The position numbers were made by a program, and so were the translations under genes. The notes below the pieces were generated by a model that saw nothing but the letters and a program-made list of their open reading frames with translations, had not been told where the DNA came from and searched no databases. A DNA stretch of 59,127 nucleotides, counting the filler, from Basidioascus undulatus (taxonomy: Eukaryota), in NCBI GenBank assembly GCA_000826855.1. It is 6 parts of 6 records of this genome, joined end to end, with 100 filler letters (N's around TTAATTAATTAA, not from the genome) between each part and the next. Parts side by side here need not be neighbours in the genome. Positions count along the whole stretch, not along the records: positions 1 to 26,926 come from JTLS01000176.1; 5 more parts are not named here. One strand, given 5' to 3'. Positions 1 to 10,830 of this stretch are shown here, piece after piece (the first letter of the stretch is position 1; every line of letters begins with the position of its first letter).

Positions 1-172
1 CGGTGGATGGGGAGCAGGCCCACGGATGCGGGAGGTGAAGGGGAGGATGGCGAGGTTCCCGATCTGCCGCACCGAGGGGTCGTCGTTGAACGCGGAGTGA
101 TACGCCTGGAGGAGCAGGGGCGCGTGAGCAGGGCAGGCTGGGCGGGAGAGGGCGGATGACGCATACAGGCAT
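1..172 (-). CDS. ARC18: ARP2/3 complex subunit 3 (p21-Arc), 5' part; runs off window start
   Basis: ATG-CCT at 172-167, intron 166-106 (GTATGC...CCAG), then exon 105-1. Spliced product MPAYHSAFNDDPSVRQIGNLAILPFTSRIRGPAP matches the ARPC3 N-terminus (MPAYHS...IGN.A.LP....GPAP). Not in the ORF track. Confidence 0.9.
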   Translation of the reverse strand, partial: MPVCVIRPLPPSLPCSRAPAPPGVSLRVQRRPLGAADREPRHPPLHLPHPWACSPST

Positions 173-418
173 GCCGGTTTCTACGTGGTTTGGACCAGAT
201 AATTCAGGTGGAAAGAAAAGTAGAGTGTGTTTCTGTGTGAGTGCGTGTGCGTAGCAGTTGACTGTGAAGGCCAGCGGGGGTGCTGGCTGCGCCCACGCCG
301 TCATAGGAAGCCGGGTGCTTGTCGTGAATTCAAGCCAGGCCGCACCTCCGTAACGCCGAAGTCTTCTCTCCTCGAGACTCTCGTCTTCCTTGTCGTCGTG
401 CACACCATCTCGCTTACC

Positions 419-1300
419 ATGCCGCCCGCGCTCCCCTCCGCCGCCACGGTGTCCCTGGCTGCCGCCGCCGCGCGCCGGCCACTGACGCGGTCAGCGTCGT
501 CGCACTCGAAAGCGGTCGCGCGAGCGTCGCAGCCGACGTTCTACCTCGGGCCGACGCACACGCCGCGCCTGCTCACGCACTACAACACCACCCTCGCGCC
601 CGCGCTCCTCTACCTCAACCACGTCCACCGCGCGCCGCCCAAGGCCCGCTCCGCGCCCTCATGGGACCCCACCGACCCCTACACCCGCCACCGCCCGCCG
701 CCGCGCCCGCGCGGGAACCGCGACCTGCTCCCGCTCCCGACGCCCACCACGGCGGGGACGAACGTGCGCCTGGAGCGCATCGTCATCCACACCATGGTCA
801 AGGAGGCGATCGGGAACAAGGGCGCCCTCCTCTCCGCTATCATGGCCCTGCGCTCCATCACGGGCGCGTCCGAGCGCGCGGGCGGCGACGTGAGCCTCCG
901 CGGCGTGGAGGTCATCAAGGCCAAGCATGGTGTCGCGCAGTTCAAGATACGCGCGGGCATGCCCGTGTCCGTCCAGATCGAGCTCACCGGCGAGCGCATG
1001 TACGACTTCATCGACACCCTCGTCGAGTTCGTCCTCCCCCGCATGCGCGAGTTCGGCGGCATCCCCCTCCCCTCGCAGAGCGAGAACCCCAAGGCCCCCG
1101 CGGCTAGCGGCGGGGTCGTCCAGTTTGGCCTGCCCCCCAGCGCGCTCCAGCTCTTCCCACAGGTCGAAGTCGCCTACGACTCGTACCCCCGCGGACACGG
1201 AATCGACATCAAGTTCGTCACGAACGTGAAGGGCCGCGGGGCCCAGGCAAAGGCCCGCGCGCTCCTGAGCGGGTTCAGAGTGCCGTTCGTGCCGCGATGA
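419..1300 (+). CDS. MRPL7: Mitochondrial ribosomal protein uL5m (MRPL7-like), single exon
   Basis: ATG at 419 gives an Ala/Arg/Ser-rich presequence. L5-family motifs: LERIVIHTMVKEA, ALRSITG, AQFKIRAGMPV, MYDFIDTLVEFVLPRMREFGG, LFPQVE. Confidence 0.9.
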   Translation: MPPALPSAATVSLAAAAARRPLTRSASSHSKAVARASQPTFYLGPTHTPRLLTHYNTTLAPALLYLNHVHRAPPKARSAPSWDPTDPYTRHRPPPRPRGNRDLLPLPTPTTAGTNVRLERIVIHTMVKEAIGNKGALLSAIMALRSITGASERAGGDVSLRGVEVIKAKHGVAQFKIRAGMPVSVQIELTGERMYDFIDTLVEFVLPRMREFGGIPLPSQSENPKAPAASGGVVQFGLPPSALQLFPQVEVAYDSYPRGHGIDIKFVTNVKGRGAQAKARALLSGFRVPFVPR

Positions 1301-2677
1301 GGTGGATGGGGTTTGTGCTGGGATGGGTGGGTTGGGTACGGTCGGGGCTGGGCGGATGGTGTGGGGGCATGGGCGGATTCGGACGGAGTGCGGAGGGCGG
1401 AGGAGAGGGTTGGGCGTGGACGGGGAGCGCGAGGTCGGACGTCGGGTGTTGTTGCGTAGGGAGGGTGGATAGGACGATGGGGCGGGACGGGACGGACAAA
1501 GAGACATACGGTACCGCGTCGCATCGCATTGCACCAACACAACCCTCCCTCGCGTCGCCTGACGTAGCGCGTCCGACAGTGTGCGGTACCGTGCGCGAGT
1601 CTCGACGGAAAGATTGGGTACCGCATTCGAAGCTGATGCACAGTGGCTTTGGGTGTGCCTGCCAAATGAACGAGTTCAGACACAGCGCAGTATCGTTTTA
1701 CTTGCCTCGTGAAAGATCTTCTCTAAGCCTGGCTGTCTTCCTTCGCACAGCCGCAAGCATATGACTGACAGTCTCCTCCTTTGTGTTTCCCGCGCCCGTC
1801 TGTCTCCATTAAAGCTACAGCCGGGCACGAGGTACTTCGAGCCGCTCACCTACGAGACTCTTTTCCCCTGCCCCTCGATGCTTGCTTTCGAGCTGGGATA
1901 CGGTATAGGACTTTGCGACAGAAATCGTCGACGCTCCGGCTCCGCCCTGACAGCTTGTTCCTCGAATCCAGCTGCAGGGACACACGGTGATACAGGGTTG
2001 CTAACAGGAATCCCATTGCATGTGAGTCCGAAAGGAGTGCGAGAGTGACCTGCCCGGGCATGCAGTTGCCCCGCACAATTTGCCGTCGAAATCGGTCAGT
2101 ATTAGGCATGCAGACGGTAATCAAGTATGCATCGAATCACCTAGTTACCAGTCACTTCGAGAGTTGAAGTCCGATTGCGGAAGAAGGCCCCCCCCCTTCT
2201 CCCTTGCATCTCTCCAATCTCTTTCAGGGAAAGCTCTGAGTGTATAAATTTGCCTTCAGTGGTTTAAATATCCCGTGATGGTAGAAGGATCTTGGTTGTA
2301 GCGGGACTGCGTCACAGGCAGTATCAGCGCGGTACACGGTCGGCATGGGACGCTGTCCTTGAAGGAGTACGAGCGCCGGCTGGAGGCCAGCAGATGGTAC
2401 ACTCCTGATTTACTGCGTCCCAGGCACAATGCCGTGCTTTGGGTAAGCACCAGGTGAGACGGCCATCCCTGCGGCGGGAAGCTAACGGGAAGGCGCCGCC
2501 AGCCTTTCACCGGCTGGAACTCTCTTGCTGATTTGTCATTGCGGCAAAGACATCGAATAAATTCAATATCAACTAGTGGTTAGTGCCAACCCCCTGTAGT
2601 CCTTCACGCAGGACGAGGCCCCATGCTGTAGCTTGCTGCGCAGCGAGCCGGCCCTTCCAGTTAAAAGGAGACGCCGA

Positions 2678-3604
2678 ATGACTGGCACTCCTTACTCAGC
2701 CTCCTCTCCACAACAACTCTCCTTATAGCTCTCATTCAAACATGTGAAACTTTGGAGATGTGTTGGGGAGATCATGCTAATTTGGGCTTGAGGGAACAGA
2801 AGCTCCTGAAGAAGGTCCACTACAAGAAGCCAGAGGGGCACAAGAAGAAGGTTCATGTCAGGATTTTCAATGGAGCATGATGATAGTGTCTGATGGTACA
2901 ACAGCCTGATTTAGGAGGTGAAGAAGAAGGAGTACAAGAAGAAGGTGAGCACTGCGGTGGCGGCAGTCAATGCTGTTAGCAGCCTGACTGAGTCTGGGTT
3001 GTGACCAGGAGGAGAAGAAGCCTGAGGAAAAGAAAGAGGAGAAGAAGGACAACGTGAAGAAGGACAATGACAACAATAAAGATGATGATAAGAAGAAGGA
3101 TGATGAGAAAAAGGTGCAGTTGCTGCAGCATTCAACCTGGAGTTTGGGCCGTCACTGACCCAAGGCATTTTCACAGAATGTGGACAAGAAGAAGGACAAC
3201 AAGAAGGATGGTAACAACAAGAAGAAGGACAATGACAAAAAGAAGGATGATGATGAGGAAGACATGAGAAGAAGAAGGCTGATAAGAAGGCTGACAAGAA
3301 GGAGGATGAGAAGAAGAAAGAGGTTCACAAGAAGAAGGACAACAATAAGACGGTACAGTTGATGCTGTGTCCAACCTGAGGTTTGGCCTGGTGCTGACCC
3401 AGCTGGACCATAGGACGAGGACAAAAAGAAGGATGAGAAGAAGAACAAGAAGAAGGATGAGAAAAAGGATGAGAAAAAGAAGGAGGTTGACAAGAAGGAT
3501 GAGAAGAAGAATGATGGCAACAGCGGTCGTAACGGCAACCAGCTATGTGAGTAGCCACCAGTCTCAGTGCTTACAGCCAGCATGAGTGCTCACACTCAGC
3601 CTGA
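2678..3604 (+). pseudogene. Multi-exon Lys/Asp/Glu-rich low-complexity gene, CpG-eroded, with one frameshift; start uncertain
   Basis: Canonical introns at 2851-2914, 2945-3008, 3114-3176, 3353-3413 and 3547-3599 (GT...CTGAY/CTCAC...AG) join K/D/E/N-rich exons in frame (e.g. EEKKPEEKKEEKKDNVKKDNDNNKDDDKKKDDEKK). Exon 3177-3352 is 1 nt short of a multiple of 3. Confidence 0.65.
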
Positions 3605-4784
3605 AGGCTCTTATCGCAGAACAGCAACCACAACTAAAAGTGAAGAGGACATTCTGACTGGTTGCCTTTTCTCAACCAAGTCGCAGTGTAGTCCTGTTCT
3701 TTCACATGTACACAGGTCAAAATAGCTGATTTTTCTTTCATGAATTGATGCATGCTTGTATGATTTCAGTTTGCCAGCTTCATGCAAATTGAATCATCTG
3801 GCCCTGCTGTGTAGGGAGACAAGAGGGTCTGATAGGCCTAAAGTGACATTCAGAGAAATTGGAGTGATGAGAGGGGAACAATGAACAGTCCTGGAACACA
3901 TGGTCCAGGACCAGTGGTGTAAGAGCTCAAAGCAGGGTCCTCAGTTGGGATAGAGAAAAGAAACTGCTCTGATTGGACAGAGGATGGTATATCTGCTGAC
4001 AGAGGAGGCTGGTTCACTTGACCGGCAGCATGGATGCCACCAGCAATCCAGGAGAATCAACAGTCAGCAGTTCCTGCTGAGTGTGAAACAGGTCAGCTGG
4101 CTGCCTTTCATGGGACTAATAAGACTGAAGATACCATAAGCTTAACATATAAGTAGACTCACAAGGACTATCAACATGCAGAAGCGGTCACGCTGACGAC
4201 TGGGAAGTAGCACCTGCATAGCTGTTGCAATGGACAGGGTTCCATGGCCCCAAATGAACATAGGGAATTGGGTTTCACCTGGAATAATGTGGGTTTTACA
4301 TTTACTTGGAATCCTGCAAGTCTTTGAAGAAAGAGCAGGACAGCCCAGCCCAGCCCAACTGCAAATGTGCGGATGAAGGCCTTGGGGGCGGGGCGGGACA
4401 CTTGCGAGCTTTCTCCAAGTACAGGCATTAAGCCAGCAAAGAGATTAATTGTGCCCTTGAGTGACTCTCAACGGCCTCGACACACGCCTAGCCAGGTTTC
4501 TGGCGTTGGCGCGAAGAAAGACAGCCTTTCGGCGGCAGCAATCTAAGACTGCAACTGCCACACTTCCTCGCACCAGGGCAAGTCCTCGGCCAGATAATTT
4601 GCTTGCATTCATCAAGGATAATTATAGAGCGTCAAGTTTGGCCAGAAGGGTGGGGGGATGGGAAAGAAAAATTGTTTGGCACTCACGGGCTGTTCATCAA
4701 ACTTCGATGCCGTCCGTTTCCTGAGGTCACCGTCTTCCCTCTTTCTGCCGTATACAACTTCACCATCAATCTGAACCAGAATCC

Positions 4785-5618
4785 ATGCTGGCCTCCTTGG
4801 AATCGCTTCCGGACGAGGTATGTGAGTTCCCCCCGCTCTCACCCTTCTAGCCAGTCTGATCGCGCCCGCCACAGCTGCTCTGGGAGATCCACCTGCTCTC
4901 CATTTCTCCATCGCTCCCCCTCACGTCGCTCCGCCTCCATCACGCATTCTACAATGCCCCACCATCGCACAAAGCGTCCTATCTCATTCAGCGGCACCCC
5001 CGAAAGCCGCAGGTGCGACTCCTCGCGCACGCCGTGCGCTACGGGATCTTCACGCTTCCCGTCCTTCGCGCGCTCGAACGACGACTGGAAGCGTCAGACG
5101 CTCCTTCCTCTTCATCACAACCGCCTCCGCCACTCATGTGCTCCTCACTATCTCAACGACTCTTCCGGCACCTCCCGTCTCCCCCTCCTCTGCACACCGC
5201 CTTCCCGCGCTTATACCGTCATCCACCCGCGGACCCGACGGAGCTCATCACCATCCTGCTCACCCGACACGGTGCACCCGCCACATCAGCGGACGGCTAT
5301 CCGCTAGCAAAAACCGTACACGCTCGACATGAGCCGCTTATCGACCTGCTCCTCTCCCTCGGGGCGGACCCGTCCCAGGAGGAGGGTGCAGCGGTCAAGT
5401 TTGCTGTCCACCATCGCGACCTCGATCTCGTGCGCCGGCTTGTCGAGCGGAGGAGCACGAGGTCGGGCAAGAAGAAGAAGAGGGACAGGTGTGCGCTCAC
5501 GCCGGAGATGCTGCATTGGGCGGTCAAGGTTGGCGCGGGGGATATCGTGGACTGGATGATGGACGAGAAGGGGGTTCCACCCACTTTGAAGACCATACAG
5601 CTGCTTCAGCAGCGGTGA
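4785..5618 (+). CDS. Hypothetical protein with F-box-like N-terminus and ankyrin-like C-terminal repeats
   Basis: Exon 4785-4817 (MLASLESLPDE), intron 4818-4874, then an exon in frame with ORF 5013-5618 (LLWEIHLL...). Ankyrin-like motifs: LIDLLLSLGADPS, AVKFAVHHRDLDLVRRLVE, LHWAVKVGAGDIVDWMM. Confidence 0.7.
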
Positions 5619-6287
5619 ACGGATTATTATGCCGAAACTAGCGTCCCGTGCTCGTCCGGACGAAGGGGACTAGGACGAGGCCTGCTCACGGTCTTCACAG
5701 CCTCTTGTTCACTCGCATTCGAGCTTCCCCTGCGTCTTCGTTTTCCATTACTGAATCCGGACCTCGACCCGGACCTCAATTGCACTATTCTATCCACGAA
5801 CACCTTCGAATCTATGTATCGCAGAGTCCGAAATGCGCACGATTCAGTCGTGGGTCAGCTAAGGGCACATGTGCCGCTTGCAACCTGGAGCTTCCCCTGG
5901 TTCGCCTCGTCTAATTCGATCAGCTAGTATGCTCAGTGGGACACAATCAATCAGAAGCTTTTTTCGCTGGGAGAGATGCCTCTGCGCTACTCATTCACAT
6001 TAAGCTCTCGATGTTCGCGTTTTACGGCGCTTCACTACACCCGAGCCTTTTCTGTTGGTCCACCTTCCAATCATTGCTTTACGTTGAGCTGCACTCGCCA
6101 ACCCTCTGGCGTGTCTGCAGTAAATTTCAGTTCAGACCCGTCTGCACACATGAGAGCCGCCAAAGGAAGCCAAACAACAGCATGTGAATGTTGCACTCCA
6201 ACAGAATGTCCGTTGAGACCAGAAACGGCACCCCCGACCCGACCCGCCACCCCGCGCAAGCCAACAAACAAAGAGAAGAACTACGCC

Positions 6288-9200
6288 TTAAGAGCCTGCG
6301 TCTGCGCCTGACACCGCGCGGGCCGTCGACTGCGCGGTGGACGCCGCTTCCTCGACCCTATCCGCGCTCTCGTTCACCCGTGCCGCGGTCTTCTGGAAGT
6401 TTTGAAGCTCGTCGCGTCTGTTGCGGTCCACCGCAGAGACGGTCAGATAAGCATTACGACTATCGAAGCGAACAACCTATGGGCACGACGCACAGTTTTC
6501 GAATTTCGCGAATGATCGCGTGCTCGACCGACTGCCCGACCCACGGCATGCGCGTGTTAGCGCCAGACACGCGTAAGAAGAGGAGAAGACGATATAAAAC
6601 GCACGGTGCTGGTATCCGGTAAACGTTGGACGAGGTCCTCGAAGCTCACGCGGCATATTTTGGGTTCCTCGCCGTTCTCGTCGCCATCCAAGCTCACGTA
6701 CGGCTCCTCTGACGGGTTCTCGTCCTGCGCGCCGACTTCGTTCATGCTCGTGTCCACCAGACTACCACCACCGACATCACGCACTTCAGCCGTTCGACCT
6801 GTGGGAGAGAAAGGCAGTAAAGGAGAGGCGAAGCAGATGCGAACCTTTTGTACAACCGCGTTTGGCGGACGTCACCCAGCGTCTCGATGAGCGCGATGAC
6901 CGTGAGGGGCACGAAGAAGACGATCGTCATGACAATACGGTTGAGCCTAGCCGCGAATGGCTGATTGTGAGCTATGGCATGCCTTCCCGCTGACTCGACT
7001 CAAATCAATATTAGCGTACCGCCAGTAGAACTTGCGTGAAACGAACGGCTCCAGCGGAGCAATCAAGAAGGTCTCGATGAGGTTCTGGGACCCTGATAGC
7101 GAGGTCAGAGAATGGCAAGCCACGAAGATTGAGCCCAATCCAACGCCAAAGCGACTCACGCAAGGTGCCGGGTATACAAACGCGTCGGGTGTCCGACTGA
7201 AGCACAAGGGAACCCGAAGTCAGGGCCGCACGTGGAGTCACAAGGAAGGTATAAACGTACATCATGGCGATAGTCTTGCCCTATAGCAGTCCAAATTGTC
7301 AGTGGAACCCTAAAGTTAGGCTTGGATTGATGATACGAACAGCAAAGAAGGCCTGTGTAGCATTGGAAGGGCATCAGAAGCTGAGATTGATAGGGATGCA
7401 TCCAAGGCCAACATACCATGTATTCGGCGATTGCATCATCCGTAACGCCTGCCGATGTTAACCAAAGATCAGCGTTCTCCATCGAGCACATGGGCAGGGG
7501 CACTTCTTACCGTCGTACGAGCTCGCGTAGAGAGCGACGAGCACGTTGAGCAGAATCAGGATGGCAATCACGTTCCACGCTGGCAGTCGAAAGGCCTGGT
7601 CAGTATACTTGCATCGGAGCACAACATGCACCTCGGTGGTATCAAATAAGGAGCTTGACGCACAGTAGAAGATGATGGCCCCAAACGGCTGGCCATAGCG
7701 CCGCTCATGAAGCATCGTCTCAAAGTCAGGCGATCTAAGCCAATGTGAACGGCAGCTCAGCGATCTGTCGGTAGAGAAAAACCAGATAGAGAACGCACCC
7801 AAACAGTGCCATGAGCAACTGGTTTGTCACGTCCCAGAATGGACCTTTGTAACCGTCCGCGGCGTCAAGAGCCCACAGTGCCTGCGCGAATCCTGTAAGA
7901 AGACGGATTAGCCATCGCAGTTCAAGAACATGCTAACATCCCCGGATCATACCTGCAAAGACAACGGCCAACAGGAAAAAGAAGAGGAGGCTTTCACGCA
8001 TCATGCGAAAGACGACGATTTGCATCGTGCCCTGTGCGCATGCGAAGCGCATGAGAAATTGGGTAAGCTCATGGCTTCGCGAGGAGCAGTGATGATCGAA
8101 TCTGTACGCACGATCCACGTAAAGCCATCAAAGACCTGCAAGAAGACATTAGCGACCAAGTCGAGAAGGATGTAGCATGGGTCAGGCCGGATGTTTATAC
8201 CGTGATGAGCTCTGCATGCACGTGTCAGCGTATGTCATCTCCAAGCTGAAAGCCAGAGTTCAGGACGCACTCATCCAGATCAGTGGAGCGACGCAAGAAA
8301 GCTAAACGAGGCGGTGGCAATCTGAGCACGAGGACCGTGTCGACAGGTCGACCAAGGGTTACGCACAAACTCGAACGAAAGTAGGTGCCACCGCTCAGCC
8401 CTCGGCTCATTAGACTCGAACACGCCGACGACGCGGAACGAGAAGCTGTATCGTAAGGAAATCAGTGAACAGGCCGGTCAGTCGCATTGCACGCCGAAAG
8501 GGCCACCGGGCTGCTCTCACGCGGTGACCAGGAGGGAATCTGACAACAGGCGCGGGCCGTTTCAGCGCGGCTGCTAAATGCAATGCGAGACGAAAGAAGC
8601 ATATACTGCGTACATGTGAGCATGTTGATGATCGGCCAAAACGAAATAGCGGTGTAGATCGTCTGGTAGTGTATGGTCTTGAAGAGCTGTTTGACCCTCG
8701 TAAGCAGTAAGCATGGTGGCACCGGGGGCGAAGATTGTGGCGCATACCCGCGAGAACTCCTCGATAAAGAACGCTATGGAGAAGCCATAGAGCACGATCT
8801 CCCAAGCATCGAATTGCTGCCGGTCACCAGACGCAGATGAGCGCGCGAGTGTCGCTGCGGGCAACGCTGAAGCGTTTCAAGGCCGCATACCTTCTCCGGA
8901 TCCCACTGCTCTGTGGGAGACTGGACGGAGCGCGAGTAGATGAAGAGGAAGATGAGCCAGACGATGATGCGGAAGTCTGTTGTCACACGCGCAGCTAATT
9001 TCAGCAAGAATGCAACAATGGCAAGTCAGAGACGCACTGTTCTGGTATCTGATTAAGGAGAGCGTCGTCAGCGGCGAGCGCATAGTCGGGTACAGAGAAG
9101 AAGAGGACGGAGGCAACGACTCACTGCGGAACCGACAGCCGAGTGGGGTCAAAGTGATCGATGAACGAGCGCCGCCCTTTCATGTCGTACGGCATGTACT

Positions 9201-10272
9201 GGATCTGACCGTCCCTTCCGTACACCTGGATCCACGTCCCGTCCCAGAGAGCGGCGATGCACTGCTGCGACTCGTCAGACGAAAGGAAGATGGTGCTGTG
9301 CGATGACCACATCTCGCGCGTCAGCCCAACGGGGATGTGAGGCAATGGCAATGAGGTTCGATATACCAGTGCAGGTCCAGTGCTGTTTCAATGACGGTGG
9401 CGGGCGGAGATGGATCACCGGAGGCTTCGAGGTGCGAGTAGCGCTTCGATAGGACGAGTGCGAGGCGGTCATCCGGGATCCGACGCATGCTGCATTAGTT
9501 CATGAGGAGCGTTGAGAGGCATTTTCCATCAGCGGGAATATTCCTGTACGCACATGTACCGAGCCAGAACCTCGCATGCGACGCCTGTCGAGACAGTGAA
9601 GAGTCAGCCTCCGAGCCCGCCAACATCCCGGTAGCCAGAACGTACTGCGGCAGAGGTTCTCGTCGTAGTCGGACTGGTCCAGCATCGCCTGGCTCTTGAA
9701 GAGCGCATGCGCACGAAGGAGGCAGTACGGGACGACCCTGCGCATCCATCCCCGATCAGCCTTAGTCGGCGATGCTGGGAAGCAGCTCATCGGCGTACTC
9801 ATCATAGCTGGAGCAGGCAACGCACTCTCATCAGCCCACCCATACCCACCATCCTGAAACCATCAAGCAGATGCAGACACGCACTCTCCACCAGCCTCCG
9901 CGAATACTGCAACTGTCTGAGGCGTGATAACCCGGCTAGAAGACTCGGGCGCCTTGAGCTCGTCGGTGTCGATTTGGACTTGGATGAGCTTGATTGTGAG
10001 CGCTTGCAAGCGCCTGATGATCTTGGTGATGATCTTGAGAGGTACATATCGCATTCACGCAGACTCAGTCCCATTCATTCTATAATGATATGTCCATCTG
10101 AACGCAAGCGCACCTGCGGACTCGGGCTGAGGACGCTGTGGTCGAGCAGCGGCTCCACGCCGTGCTCCTGGTGTCGCACCGTCCGCCGAGGGCGGCGCGC
10201 GGTGCCAGCCTTCTTCTTCCGGATAGGCAGCCAGATATTGCCTTGAATTCTGGGTTCGGAGCCTACTGGCAT
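6288..10272 (-). CDS. YVC1: Fungal TRP-type vacuolar cation/calcium channel, many introns
   Basis: Spliced segments VPYCLLRA, ETALDLHC|TIFLSSDESQQCIAALWDG, HFDPTRLSVP, FDAWEIVLY, GTMQIVVFRMMRESLLFFFLL, ILLNVLVALYASSYD, GKTIAMIRTPDAFVYPAP.NLIE match Yvc1-family motifs. Last exon ends ...SGADAGS-TAA at 6288. Confidence 0.85.
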
Positions 10273-10830
10273 TCTCGAGACGGGTAGATTGGGGATGGGA
10301 TGGGATGGGATTGGGATGGGAGTCAGGATGGAAGGCGCCCGAGGTCCGGGTTTGGCTCCGGTCCGGCTCCACACGCCTTCGAGTTGGCGTTCGCGAAAGC
10401 AAGAGAAGTCTGTCTCTTCTCTTCCATCTCGTCGTCTTGCGCCTCATACAAACCGTCGTAAGCAGCCGTACGGGTAAGAGTAACGACCGACACATTCTAA
10501 AGTAGGTTGATCATTGGTAAATAACAGTTGGAGAGCAGCTTGTAAGGCCGCGAAGCCGGATGAGGATAGAATCGAGTCCGCCTGTCTCAGATCGGCCTGC
10601 GAAGACTCTGCCCTCATGCACTCGACGCGATCTTGACGCGTTCGCTTTGCCGATCAAGGCCGCTTCGACCGTTGTTGCTCACTGCTACATGAGCGAAGCT
10701 AATTGACGTCGACCCAGTCTCGAAGCCCATCGTGGGCCTCACCCACTTCAACCCGGCCTTCTTCCTCTCCTTCTTCGCTGCTGACCTCGTCGTCCTCGAG
10801 CTCGCTCATCGCGCGCTCTCGCTCCCCTCA

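Noticed and set aside
2850..3600. Alternating repeat/spacer pattern resembling a CRISPR-like array
   Set aside because: The 'spacers' are GT-AG introns with branch points and the 'repeats' are degenerate K/D/E codons. Eukaryotic context, no cas genes.
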